Positions 26,961-36,525 of a stretch of 41,819 bases of DNA are shown piece by piece. The DNA is taken from positions 4,189 through 46,007 of the forward strand of contig JBBIHX010000004.1 of the NCBI GenBank assembly GCA_037446815.1. Direction: 5' to 3'. The notes under the pieces were generated by a model. The model worked only from the letters and a program-made list of their open reading frames with translations, was not told where the DNA came from and did no database searches. The translations under genes were made by a program, and so were the position numbers. The stretch comes from Caldilineae bacterium (lineage in GTDB: Bacteria > Chloroflexota > Anaerolineae > DTLA01). Position 1 is the first letter of the stretch. Each line of letters begins with the position of its first letter.

Positions 26961-26986
26961 CGAGCCTGGGCCCTCTGTGTTATTAT
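26958..26986 (+). promoter_or_regulatory. Putative promoter of glgP (TTGCGA-N17-TATTAT, extended -10)
   Basis: 17-bp spacer and TG extension. Confidence 0.45.
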
Positions 26987-27070
26987 GTGCCGGGCGCGTC
27001 CGGCGTCGCAGCAGCACAAACGACGAAGCCGACGCTCCCATGCGATTCGGTTTGAGGAGGAGATGGGTCC

Positions 27071-29629
27071 ATGCGACCTTACATGCTTCTGAACGTGATT
27101 CCGTCGCTGCCGCCGACGCTGGTGCGGTTGGCGGAATTGGCCTATAACCTGCGCTGGACTTGGGACCATGACACGATAGACCTGTTCCGCCGTCTGGACA
27201 GGGACCTCTGGGAGACGACGGGGCATAATCCGGTGCTGATGCTGGGCACTATCGCCCAGGCGCGCCTGGAAGCGGCCGCGCGGGATGACGGGTTCATGGC
27301 GCACTTCCAGCGGGTTTGCGAGCAGTTTGACCGCTACATGACCAACCAGCGCGCCTGGTATACGGAGCATTGTGCCCAATTGCCCGAGTGCCGCGTGGCG
27401 TACTTTTCGCCCGAGTTTGGCCTCACGGACTGCATCCCTATCTATTCGGGCGGCCTCGGCGTACTGTCCGGCGATCATCTCAAGTCGGCCAGCGATCTGG
27501 GGATTCACATGGTCGGCGTCGGCCTGCTGTACCAGTTTGGCTACTTCAGCCAGTACCTTAGCCCCGACGGTTGGCAACAGGAATACTATCCGGTCAACGA
27601 TTTCTACAACATGCCACTTCAACTGATGCGCAACCCGGACGGGAAGCCCGTTACGGTACAGGTCAACTACCCGGACGCGCCTGTGAGCGCCCAGGTGTGG
27701 CGGATTCAGATTGGGCGGGTGCCTTTGTACATGCTGGACAGCAACCTGCAGCAGAACCGCCCGCGCGATCGTGAGATCACGGGGAAACTGTACGGCGGCG
27801 ACCGCGAGATGCGCATCCGGCAGGAGATTCTGCTCGGCATTGGTGGGTACCGCGCGCTGATGGCGCTGGGGATTGAGCCGACGGTGTGCCACCTGAACGA
27901 GGGCCATGCGGCGTTCCTGTGCCTGGAGCGGGTTCGTGTACTCATGGACCGGTTTGGCCTGAACTTCCACGAGGCGGCGGAATTGGCCCGCGCTGGGAAC
28001 GTCTTCACCACGCATACTTCGGTGCCCGCGGGGATTGATGTCTTCGCGCCGGACCTTGTGGACCGCTACTTCGGGGGATGGTATCCGATGCTGGGCATCA
28101 GCCGTGAGCAGTTCCTGGCGCTGGGCCGCCAGCATCCCGCCGACGCGGGCGAGCCGTTCAACATGGCGGTGCTTGCGGTAACTATGTCTAGCCATACCAA
28201 TGCGGTGAGCGCGCTCCACGCTACGGTGGCTCGGCGGCTTTGGAGCGGCCTGTGGCCCGCCGTGCCCGAGGCGGAGATTCCGGTGGGGCACATCACCAAC
28301 GGGGTGCACCTGCGGTCGTGGATATCCGCGGACCTCTCGTCGTTGCTGGATCGGTACCTGGGGCCGAAGTGGCGGGAGGAGCCGAGCGATATGTCGGTCT
28401 GGCAGAGGGTGGCGGATATCCCCGACGAGGAACTGTGGCGCACGCACGAGCGGCGGAGGGAGCGGCTGGTGCATTTCGCCCGCCAGCGGCTGCGGGCGCA
28501 GTTGGAAGCGCGCGGCGCGCCGCCGGCCGAGGTTGAGGTTGCGAACGAGGTGCTGGATCCCGAAGCGCTGACCATTGGCTTTGCGCGGCGCTTCGCCACG
28601 TACAAACGTGCGACGTTGCTGCTGCGCGACCCGGAGCGTCTGGCCCGCATTCTGAACGACCCCGAACGGCCGGTGCAGATCATCGTCGCGGGCAAGGCCC
28701 ACCCTCAGGATCAGGCGGGCAAGGAACTCATCCAGGCCATCGTGAAGGCGGCCCGAACCGAGGAGTTTCGCCACAGAGTCGTATTCTTGGAGAACTACGA
28801 CATCAATGTGGCGCGGTACCTGGTGCAGGGCGTGGACGTGTGGCTCAACACGCCGCGCCGCCTGCAAGAGGCCAGCGGCACCAGCGGGATGAAGGCGGCT
28901 GCCAACGGCGCGCTCAACCTGAGCATTCTGGACGGCTGGTGGGACGAGGGGTATACGCCAGAGGTTGGCTGGGCCATCGGGCGCGGTGAGATCTACGAGG
29001 ATGCAGAGTACCAGGATGCGATAGAATCGCAGGTCATCTACGAACTTCTGGAGAAGGAGATCGTGCCGCTGTTCTACACGCGCGGTCGGGATGGCCTGCC
29101 GCGGGCGTGGATTGCGAAGATGAAGGCCGCGCTGGGGCGGCTGGCGCCCGTGTTCAACACCGACCGTATGCTCATGGAGTACACGGACAAGTACTATCTG
29201 CCCGTGAGCGCGCACTATGTGGCCATGCAGGAGAATCAGGCGCAGCGCGCCCGCGAGTTGGCCGCTTGGAAGGCCAAAGTTCGCGATGGATGGGGGCGCC
29301 TTCGGGTGGAGAAGGTGGAAGCCCAAACCCTTGCCGAGGTCCACGTCAATTCGGATGTCGTGGTGCGCGCCCGCGTGGACTTGGGCGGCCTTGCCCCCGA
29401 CGATGTGGTCGTGCAGTTGTACTACGGGCCGGTGAATCCCGCGGGCGATATTCAGCAGGGGCAACTCGCGCCCATGCAACTCAAGGAGAAGCAGGATTCT
29501 GTATACGTGTACGAGGGGACGCTGTGCTTTGGAGCGAGCGGATTGCACGGCTACACGGTACGCATCCTTCCGCATCACCCTGACATGACGACGCCGTTTG
29601 ATTCCGGTTTGGTGTACTGGTTCAGTTAG
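27071..29629 (+). CDS. glgP: Alpha-glucan (glycogen/starch) phosphorylase
   Basis: YSGGLGVLSGDHLKSASD, HLNEGH, FTTHT, ITNGVH, ARRFATYKR, AGKAHP, PLP-lysine motif EASGTSGMK; SD GAGGAGG. Confidence 0.97.
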   Translation: MRPYMLLNVIPSLPPTLVRLAELAYNLRWTWDHDTIDLFRRLDRDLWETTGHNPVLMLGTIAQARLEAAARDDGFMAHFQRVCEQFDRYMTNQRAWYTEHCAQLPECRVAYFSPEFGLTDCIPIYSGGLGVLSGDHLKSASDLGIHMVGVGLLYQFGYFSQYLSPDGWQQEYYPVNDFYNMPLQLMRNPDGKPVTVQVNYPDAPVSAQVWRIQIGRVPLYMLDSNLQQNRPRDREITGKLYGGDREMRIRQEILLGIGGYRALMALGIEPTVCHLNEGHAAFLCLERVRVLMDRFGLNFHEAAELARAGNVFTTHTSVPAGIDVFAPDLVDRYFGGWYPMLGISREQFLALGRQHPADAGEPFNMAVLAVTMSSHTNAVSALHATVARRLWSGLWPAVPEAEIPVGHITNGVHLRSWISADLSSLLDRYLGPKWREEPSDMSVWQRVADIPDEELWRTHERRRERLVHFARQRLRAQLEARGAPPAEVEVANEVLDPEALTIGFARRFATYKRATLLLRDPERLARILNDPERPVQIIVAGKAHPQDQAGKELIQAIVKAARTEEFRHRVVFLENYDINVARYLVQGVDVWLNTPRRLQEASGTSGMKAAANGALNLSILDGWWDEGYTPEVGWAIGRGEIYEDAEYQDAIESQVIYELLEKEIVPLFYTRGRDGLPRAWIAKMKAALGRLAPVFNTDRMLMEYTDKYYLPVSAHYVAMQENQAQRARELAAWKAKVRDGWGRLRVEKVEAQTLAEVHVNSDVVVRARVDLGGLAPDDVVVQLYYGPVNPAGDIQQGQLAPMQLKEKQDSVYVYEGTLCFGASGLHGYTVRILPHHPDMTTPFDSGLVYWFS

Positions 29630-29736
29630 GGCAACAGGGCGCTCGCCACGGAACCCTGGTGAGCCTGCGAATTCCCGCGGATGGTGGCAGTAACCCTCCG
29701 CGACTTGAGACTACGCCAATACAGCAGGAGGCGCAC

Positions 29737-30504
29737 ATGCGTTGGATTGCTCTCACACGGACGCCGGGGCAGAGTTACCGCATGGCCATTTCGTCAACGT
29801 CTGCCCGCATTGATCCCGATGAGGCTCGCCGCCAGCACGAAGGGTACTGCCGCGCACTACGGAACATCGGGCTGGAGGTGATGACGCTGCCGCCCGATGA
29901 GCGGTACCCGGATGGCTGCTTCGTGGAGGACGCGGTGGTGGTGCGCAATGGACGGGCGCTGTTGACCCGATCCGGCGCGCCGTCGCGCCAGGGCGAGGGC
30001 GAGACATTGCACCCCGTGCTGGGAGCCTACGGACTCCAGATTGCGCGCGTTGAGCCGCCTGGGTTTTTGGACGGCGGCGATGTGCTGTGGGTGGAGGGTG
30101 TTGCCTACGTGGGGCTTGGCGACCGCACGAACCAAGAGGGCATCGCGCAACTGGCGGACAAACTTGGCGTAGAAGCCCACGCGGTGCCTCTGCCGCCTGG
30201 GATGTTGCATCTGAAGTCGGGCGCGGCGTACCTGGGCAACGGGCGGCTGTATGCCGTCGCTGCGTTCGCACCGCTGGCGGAGCGCCTGGGCCTGGAGTGG
30301 GTTCCTGTGCCCGAGGGCGAGGAGCCTACCGCCGATGTGCTGGTGTTCGGCGCGAAGGCCGTGATTCCCGCGGGCTACCCGAAAGCAGCAACGTTGCTCA
30401 AGGAGTTGGGACTTCAGGTACAGCCGGTGGAGTTGTCCGAGTTTGCGAAAGCCGACGGCGGCCCTACCTGCTTGAGCGTGATTTGGGCTGACGTGCGCCA
30501 ATAG
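29737..30504 (+). CDS. Dimethylarginine dimethylaminohydrolase / amidinotransferase family protein
   Basis: PDGCFVED, SRQGE, LDGGDV, RTN, LHLKS, KADGGPTCLS (Cys-His-Asp set); SD AGGAGG. Confidence 0.9.
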   Translation: MRWIALTRTPGQSYRMAISSTSARIDPDEARRQHEGYCRALRNIGLEVMTLPPDERYPDGCFVEDAVVVRNGRALLTRSGAPSRQGEGETLHPVLGAYGLQIARVEPPGFLDGGDVLWVEGVAYVGLGDRTNQEGIAQLADKLGVEAHAVPLPPGMLHLKSGAAYLGNGRLYAVAAFAPLAERLGLEWVPVPEGEEPTADVLVFGAKAVIPAGYPKAATLLKELGLQVQPVELSEFAKADGGPTCLSVIWADVRQ

Positions 30505-30544
30505 GCCCGACGCTAGCGGAATTCGCGGCGTCTGCGGTTTCGCC

Positions 30545-32125
30545 TCAGTCCAGGCGGAAGTGGCAGCCGCTGCTCTCGCGGTTGCGCCAGGCAGCCTCGG
30601 CCACGATGATGGCAGCCTGGACGGCGTTGCGCAGGCCGACGAGGGCATCGTTGAGCCGCGTGGTGCGGTAGAAGCGCGTGATGTCATCGTGCAAGTCGTA
30701 CAGGTCGCCGATGGCGCGCTCCAGGCGCTTCGTGGAGCGGATGAGGCCCACGTAGTTCCACATGATGTGCTGGATGGTGCTCAAGTCCTGCTGGATGAGG
30801 GCAGGGTCGGCGAAGTCCTCCAGGCCCACGTCGCGCCACGGGGGCAGGTCGGCGGGGCCCAGGGGAGCGCGGCTGGGCAACGTCCGCAGGATGTGTTCCG
30901 CCGCACGCCAGCCCCACACAAGGCCCTCCAGGAGCGATGCGCTGCCCAGGCGGTTGGCCCCGTGCACGCCGGTGCAACTGACCTCGCCGATGGCGTACAG
31001 GTTTCGGATGGTGGTGCGGCCCACCGAATCGGCCCACACGCCGCCGCAGAAGTAGTGCGCAGCAGGCACCACCGGCACAGGCTCCTTTGTGATGTCCACG
31101 CCGTACTTCAGACACGTCTCGTAGATGTTCGGGAAGCGGCGCAGGATCTTGGCGCGGTTGATGTAGGACGCCAAGTCCAGGTATACGCAGTTGGCGCCGG
31201 TGGCCAGCATCTCCTGGTGTATGCTGCGGGCCACGACATCGCGCGGGGCGAGGTCTTTCCACTGGGGCGCGTATTTCTCCATGAAGGGCTCGCCCTGTTT
31301 GTTCACGAGGCGCGCTCCTGCTCCACGCACCGCTTCGCTGATGAGGAACTGGGCCGAGTTGAGGTGGAAGAAGACAGTCGGGTGGAACTGAACGTACTCG
31401 GCGTTGATGATACGAGCGCCCGCGCGGGCGGCCATGGCCAGGCCGTCGCCCCTCGCCAATGGCGGGTTGGTCGTGTGGAGGAAGATGCGGCCGAGTCCGC
31501 CGGTCGCCAGGATGGTCGCCTTGGCGAGGAAGGTGTCCACGCGGTTCTGGGCCTGGTTCAGGACGTAGGCGCCGCCGCAGGATAGGGGTTCGTACACGCG
31601 CAGGCGATTGGTCGCGTGATGGGAAGGGGTGAGCAGGTCCACGGCGGTGTGGGCCGGGAGGATGCGGATATTGGGGCGCGCCTGCAGTGCCTCAATCAGT
31701 TTGGTCTGGATGGCCTGGCCCGTCGTATCGGCGGCGTGGAGAATGCGCTCGGTGGAGTGGGCAGCCTCGCGGATGTACTCCAATTGGTCGCCGTGGCTGC
31801 GGGCGAAGGGGACACCCAGTTGCTTCACGAGGAGTTCTTCCACCAGGCGCGGCCCCTGCGTGGCGAGGATGCGCACGGCGCGACGATTGTTGAGGCCGTC
31901 GCCCGCCGCAATGAGGTCCTGGGCAAGCAGTTCGGGCGAGTCGTGGACGCCGCCGCCGATGATGCCCCCTTGGGCGTAGAAGGTGTTGGATTCCAGCGGG
32001 TCGGGCGCGCTGGTGATGACGGTGATGGAAAGCGATGGGTCTTCGGCCAGGCGCAGCGCGGCAACGGAGCCCGCGATGCCGCAGCCGATGATGAGGACGT
32101 CGCTCTGTACGATATCAGCAGACAT
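30545..32125 (-). CDS. nadB: L-aspartate oxidase
   Basis: IIGCGIAG, YAQGGI, EAAHS..RILH, LATGG, QFHPT, LISEAVRG, LAPRD, PAAHY, HGANRLGS, ESSGCHFR. Confidence 0.97.
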   Translation of the reverse strand: MSADIVQSDVLIIGCGIAGSVAALRLAEDPSLSITVITSAPDPLESNTFYAQGGIIGGGVHDSPELLAQDLIAAGDGLNNRRAVRILATQGPRLVEELLVKQLGVPFARSHGDQLEYIREAAHSTERILHAADTTGQAIQTKLIEALQARPNIRILPAHTAVDLLTPSHHATNRLRVYEPLSCGGAYVLNQAQNRVDTFLAKATILATGGLGRIFLHTTNPPLARGDGLAMAARAGARIINAEYVQFHPTVFFHLNSAQFLISEAVRGAGARLVNKQGEPFMEKYAPQWKDLAPRDVVARSIHQEMLATGANCVYLDLASYINRAKILRRFPNIYETCLKYGVDITKEPVPVVPAAHYFCGGVWADSVGRTTIRNLYAIGEVSCTGVHGANRLGSASLLEGLVWGWRAAEHILRTLPSRAPLGPADLPPWRDVGLEDFADPALIQQDLSTIQHIMWNYVGLIRSTKRLERAIGDLYDLHDDITRFYRTTRLNDALVGLRNAVQAAIIVAEAAWRNRESSGCHFRLD

Positions 32126-32176
32126 GAAGCACCCTCTTCACATGGCGATTTGCTGGGCGAGATTCGCTCGCAGGTC

Positions 32177-33235
32177 TCATGCCAGGGCGAGCATGCGCTC
32201 CAGGGCCTTGTTGGCCCACTTCTGCACATGCTTGGGCACCCGGACACGGTTCACCATCCGCCCCTGCGTCAGTTCGTCCAGCGTGTAGGCGAGGCTCTGG
32301 GGCGTGATTCGGTACATGGCGCCGCACTGGGATCGCGCGAGCGGCACGACGGTCTTGTCGGGATGCTGTTGCGCGAGCCGCTCCACGAGGTGGATTTCGG
32401 TGCCGACGGCTACGATTGCCCCTGGCGGGAGTTCGTTTACATAACGCACGATGTAACTGGTGGAGCCTGCCGCATCCGAGCGGGCGACAACCTCCGCGGG
32501 GCACTCGGGGTGCACGATGACACGGACGCCAGGGTACTGCGCGCGGACGGCGTCCACGTCGGAAACGGTGAAGCGCGTGTGCACGTGGCAGAAGCCCTTC
32601 CAGACGACGATGCGGGCGTCGCGCAGGCGTTCCGCATCGGGCGCGTCGGGATCCCAGACCCCAATTTGCGAAGGGGGCACGCCCAAGGCCAGAGCCGAGT
32701 TTCGGCCCAGGTGCTCATCGGGGAAGAACATGACGTGAGTCCGCTGGGAAAAGGCCCATTGGATCACCTTCTGCGCGTTGGCCGAAGTGCAGACGGCTCC
32801 CCCGTGCTCGCCGCAAAAAGCCTTCAGGTCCGCATACGAGTTCTGGTAGGTTACGGGCACGATGTCGTCGCCCCAGATCGCTGTCAGGGCGTCCCACGCG
32901 AGGACGGCCTGCTGGCGGGTGGCCATGGCGGCCATGGGGCACATGGCGGTTCGGTCGGGTATGAGAACGACTTGGTCGGGCGCGCAAAGCATGGCGGCGG
33001 TCTCGGCCATGAAGTGCACGCCGCAGAAGACGATGTAGCGGGCATTGCGCACCTGGGCAGCCCGGCGCGAGAGTTCCAACGAATCGCCGACGAAGTCGCC
33101 CATGGCGACGATGGAATCGCGCTGGTAGTGATGCGCCAAGATGACCAGGTCGGAGCCGAGGGCGGCTTTCGCGGAACGCACGCGCTCCACTGCCTGCTCT
33201 TCGGTCATGGTGGCATATTCCTGGGGTAGTTTCAT
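32177..33235 (-). CDS. nadA: Quinolinate synthase
   Basis: LAHHYQ, GDSLELS, FCGVHFMAE, CPMA, CTSANA, PDEHLG, GFCHVH, HPEC, GTE, CGAM. Confidence 0.97.
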   Translation of the reverse strand: MKLPQEYATMTEEQAVERVRSAKAALGSDLVILAHHYQRDSIVAMGDFVGDSLELSRRAAQVRNARYIVFCGVHFMAETAAMLCAPDQVVLIPDRTAMCPMAAMATRQQAVLAWDALTAIWGDDIVPVTYQNSYADLKAFCGEHGGAVCTSANAQKVIQWAFSQRTHVMFFPDEHLGRNSALALGVPPSQIGVWDPDAPDAERLRDARIVVWKGFCHVHTRFTVSDVDAVRAQYPGVRVIVHPECPAEVVARSDAAGSTSYIVRYVNELPPGAIVAVGTEIHLVERLAQQHPDKTVVPLARSQCGAMYRITPQSLAYTLDELTQGRMVNRVRVPKHVQKWANKALERMLALA

Positions 33236-33254
33236 CCCATATGCTCCTTGTTCC

Positions 33255-34106
33255 CTATGCGCCTTGAGGGTAGAGTTCCAGGCTGATGTCCAGCGCCTGG
33301 GGCGAATGGGTCAGCGCGCCGACGGAGATGTAGTCCACGCCGGTGGCGGCGATCTTCGTAACGGTGCTCAGGGTAACTCCGCCGGACACTTCCAGTTTCA
33401 CCCGGCCCTGAGCGCGGCGGACGGCTTCGCGGATGTCGTCCAGACTCATGTTGTCCAGCATGATGCGGTCTACGCCGAGGGCGAGGGCCTCGTCCAGTTC
33501 GGCCAGCGATTTGACCTCCACTTCCACGAGCACACCCTTGGGCAGGCGCTCGCGCACTTTGCGCACGGCCTGGGTGATGCCGCCGGCCGCGGCGATGTGG
33601 TTGTCCTTGATGAGCACCATGTCGTAGAGGCCGGTGCGGTGGTTCTGTGCACCGCCTAGCCGCACAGCCCATTTGTCCAGCAGGCGCAGGCCTGGGCAGG
33701 TCTTGCGGGTGTCCAGGATGACGGCACGGGTCCCGGCGACGGCGTCCACGAATCGGCGGGTGTCGGTGGCGATGCCCGACATGCGCTGCAGGAAGTTGAG
33801 GGCGGTGCGCTCGGCGGTGAGGATGCTGCGGGCGGGGCCGAAGACGCGGGCGACGACGGTGCCCCGTGTTACGCGGTCGCCGTCGTTCGCAAGCGCCGTG
33901 AACTGGATGGCGGGGTCCACGGCGGCGAAGACCAGGGCGGCAACTTCCAGACCCGCGATGACGCCTACCTGCTTGACGACAAGGTCCCCCTTGAGATGGA
34001 GATCGGGCGGGATGGTCCATTGGCTGGTGATGTCGCCTGGGCCGACATCCTCGGCAAGGGCACGGGCGATGATTTCTAGCACTTGAAGTCGGACTGCGGT
34101 GTCCAT
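33255..34106 (-). CDS. nadC: Nicotinate-nucleotide diphosphorylase (carboxylating)
   Basis: EDVGPGDIT, AERTALN, DTRKT, NHRTGLYDMVLIKDNH, EVEV, MLDN, SGG, SVGALTHS; SD GGAAGGAG. Confidence 0.97.
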   Translation of the reverse strand: MDTAVRLQVLEIIARALAEDVGPGDITSQWTIPPDLHLKGDLVVKQVGVIAGLEVAALVFAAVDPAIQFTALANDGDRVTRGTVVARVFGPARSILTAERTALNFLQRMSGIATDTRRFVDAVAGTRAVILDTRKTCPGLRLLDKWAVRLGGAQNHRTGLYDMVLIKDNHIAAAGGITQAVRKVRERLPKGVLVEVEVKSLAELDEALALGVDRIMLDNMSLDDIREAVRRAQGRVKLEVSGGVTLSTVTKIAATGVDYISVGALTHSPQALDISLELYPQGA

Positions 34107-34137
34107 CGGGCTCCTTCCTCGGTGTGCGTTTGGCCAC

Positions 34138-34146
34138 ATTATACCA
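34138..34146 (-). promoter_or_regulatory. Extended -10 promoter (TGGTATAAT) for nadCAB
   Basis: Perfect TGnTATAAT 31 nt upstream of the nadC ATG. Confidence 0.6.
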
Positions 34147-34229
34147 CAGCAACCCGCGGAGGGCGAAGCGCGGTGGGGCGAGTCGGTTTCATCTTGTGTT
34201 GGTCTGTACGGTGCATCGCCTCCCGGCTC

Positions 34230-34300
34230 TGTCATGCTGAGCCGAAGGCGAAGCATCTCGGTCAGCGAGATTCTTCGCGGTTTCGCCGCTCAGAATGGCG
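34230..34300. repeat. 71-bp REP-like type 1 element, copy D
   Basis: 67/71 identical to 5011-5081. Confidence 0.9.
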
Positions 34301-34389
34301 GTAGATGCCGCCCGACTTTGGGACCGAGTTCCGGGGCGGGCGCGGTGGGGGCGGTAACTGCGAGTAACGCGAATCCACGCGAAGGGGTT

Positions 34390-34425
34390 GCGAGGTTCTT
34401 CGCGGCTTCGCCGCTCAGAACGACA
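34390..34425. repeat. Right-half copy of the type 1 REP-like element
   Basis: GCGAGGTTCTTCGCGGCTTCGCCGCTCAGAACGACA. Confidence 0.8.
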
Positions 34426-34472
34426 GTAGACACCAGCAGACCCTGAAGCCGAACTTGAGAGTTCGGAGGCGC

Positions 34473-34501
34473 TTGACAAATGTGAGATCATCGTCTATAA
34501 T
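34473..34501 (+). promoter_or_regulatory. Consensus sigma70 promoter (TTGACA-N17-TATAAT)
   Basis: Both hexamers perfect, 17-bp spacer, upstream of the amidohydrolase gene. Confidence 0.85.
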
Positions 34502-34626
34502 AGCAATAATTTGATATGTGGGCGGGAGACCCGTGGTGGTGCCGAAGACTAGGCACGCCAGTGTGGTACGCGGGAGATGGCCCTCGGACCGCATGGCGCG
34601 CCCCATAGGCGGAAGGAGGGCCTGCG

Positions 34627-36429
34627 ATGTCTGACCATCAGCGAAGTCTATCCCGCCGCGGCTTCCTCAAACTTTCAGCTCTCGGAGCCGGGGCACTGAT
34701 GCTCAGGAGCATTGAGCGCGAACTTGCCGAAAAGGCAATTGCGGCCCCGGCCCACAACGAACTCCAACGCACACTCTCCGCGGCAACTGTTCACGTCGTG
34801 CCCGACCTCATCCTGATGAACGGCCGGGTGGTAACCATGGATCCAGCCGACACGATAGCAGAGGCAGTCGCGATCCACGGGGACCGTGTCCTCGCAACCG
34901 GCACGAATGATGCGGTGCGCGCCCTGGCGGGGCCGAACACGCGGTTCTTTGACCTGCGGGGCCGCACGGTAACACCGGGTTTCGTGGACGCGCACTGCCA
35001 CGTTTCGCCCTACGGTCTCATCGGCGCGCCGTACATTGACTTGAACCCGGCGATCGTTACGACAGTCGCGGAGATGCAGGCGCTGATCGCCGAGGGATGC
35101 GCGCAGGCGGGGCCGGGCAAGTGGGTCATCGCACAGGGATACATCTCGTATGAGGGCGAGTATCCCGACAAGACGGTGCTAGACCCTGCGTCGCCGGACA
35201 ATCCCGTGATGCTTATCAATCAGGGCGGGCACATGGGGGCTGTCAACTCGTATGCCCTGGCTCTGGCGGGAGTAACCGCGGCGACTCCCGACCCTCAGTT
35301 TGGGATCATCGTGCGGGATGCCTCAGGCGAGCCCACGGGGGCGCTGGTGAACCATGCCGCCATGGATATTTTCCGTAGCCTCTGGAGCGACGAGGTGCTC
35401 ACGCCGGATATCCGCTACCAGTCCGTCCTTCGTCCTCAGGATGACTTGGCCTCGTTCGGCATCACAACCTACGGCGATGTGAATGTGCGCGGCCTTACCT
35501 CTGCGCAATCGTATTTTGACGCCGCGCGCAACGGCGATCGCACGATCCGCGGATACATTCTCAACACGATTGAGTACTTCAAGGATTTCACGGGAAGGCC
35601 GGCTGCGATTGAAGCGATGCGCTATGAGGATGAATTCCTCCATTTCGGCGGCTACAAGTTCCTGGTTGACGGTGCCATCATGGCTGCCTACACACACATG
35701 CCACACAATGGAACCGTCTGGAACATGCCCACATGGAACCGCGCCCCTCTGTTGCAGGTCGTCCGGGAGGTGCACGAGATGGGCTACCAGTGCGCGTTCC
35801 ACTGCATCGGCGACGCCGCGGTAGATTTGGCGCTGGATGCCATAGAGTTCGCCATGAACGCGCATCCACGCCCGAACCCGCGGCATCGGCTGGAGCACGC
35901 AGTGCTGAACACCGATGCCGCCCTGCAGCGGACCCGCGATTTGGGCGTGCTTGTCTCCACTCAGCCGCACGGCATTCGCCTGCTTGGCGAGGAGATGCGC
36001 GAGATGTGGGGAGAGCAGCGCGCCCAGCGCATCATGCCCACGCGCCGATGGCTGGACTTGGGCGTGCCGTTGTCGTTGAGTTCGGATTGCCCGACCCTCC
36101 CCTGGTGGCAACCGCCTATCGTGATGGCCGGCGCGGTAACCCGTCTGACATCCAGCAATGCTGTGCTCGGCGAAGATCAGGTGATGACGGTGGAAGAGTG
36201 CATGCGCGCGTATACGATGGGTGGCGCCTACGCGTGCTTTGAGGAAGATGTGAAGGGCTCGCTGGAACCGGGGAAGTTCGCCGACCTCATCGTTTGGAGG
36301 CTGGATCCGTACACGACATTGCTGCCGGATATGTTGGCGGCGCATCCTGTGGACTTGACGATGGTCGGCGGAAAGGTCGTGTTTGAGAGGTATCGGCACA
36401 TTTTCCTGCCGGTGGTTGCGGCACAGTAG
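34627..36429 (+). CDS. Tat-exported amidohydrolase 3 (YtcJ-like) family protein
   Basis: SRRGFLK Tat motif; PGFVDAHCH, GH, KFLVDG, HCIGD, HRLEHA, LSSD, GSLEPGKFADL; C-terminal HIFLPVV; SD GGAAGGAGG. Confidence 0.92.
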   Translation: MSDHQRSLSRRGFLKLSALGAGALMLRSIERELAEKAIAAPAHNELQRTLSAATVHVVPDLILMNGRVVTMDPADTIAEAVAIHGDRVLATGTNDAVRALAGPNTRFFDLRGRTVTPGFVDAHCHVSPYGLIGAPYIDLNPAIVTTVAEMQALIAEGCAQAGPGKWVIAQGYISYEGEYPDKTVLDPASPDNPVMLINQGGHMGAVNSYALALAGVTAATPDPQFGIIVRDASGEPTGALVNHAAMDIFRSLWSDEVLTPDIRYQSVLRPQDDLASFGITTYGDVNVRGLTSAQSYFDAARNGDRTIRGYILNTIEYFKDFTGRPAAIEAMRYEDEFLHFGGYKFLVDGAIMAAYTHMPHNGTVWNMPTWNRAPLLQVVREVHEMGYQCAFHCIGDAAVDLALDAIEFAMNAHPRPNPRHRLEHAVLNTDAALQRTRDLGVLVSTQPHGIRLLGEEMREMWGEQRAQRIMPTRRWLDLGVPLSLSSDCPTLPWWQPPIVMAGAVTRLTSSNAVLGEDQVMTVEECMRAYTMGGAYACFEEDVKGSLEPGKFADLIVWRLDPYTTLLPDMLAAHPVDLTMVGGKVVFERYRHIFLPVVAAQ

Positions 36430-36525
36430 CGCGCCCAATGCGATGGCAGATGAGGTGAGAGTGAGCGCGGGCCTCCGACGCACCCCAAGGATGCGCCGGA
36501 GGCCTGGCTGTTGGGGCAGCAACGC

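Noticed and set aside
26777-29578. 933-aa antisense ORF
   Set aside because: Mirror of glgP caused by GC-rich codon bias; no motifs. The same applies to other long shadow ORFs such as 31616-33229, 36511-37854, 38068-39204, 24759-26060 and 17596-18810.
34477-34497. CRP/FNR-type site overlapping the amidohydrolase promoter
   Set aside because: Only the TGTGA half-site is present; no TCACA partner at the 6-bp spacing.
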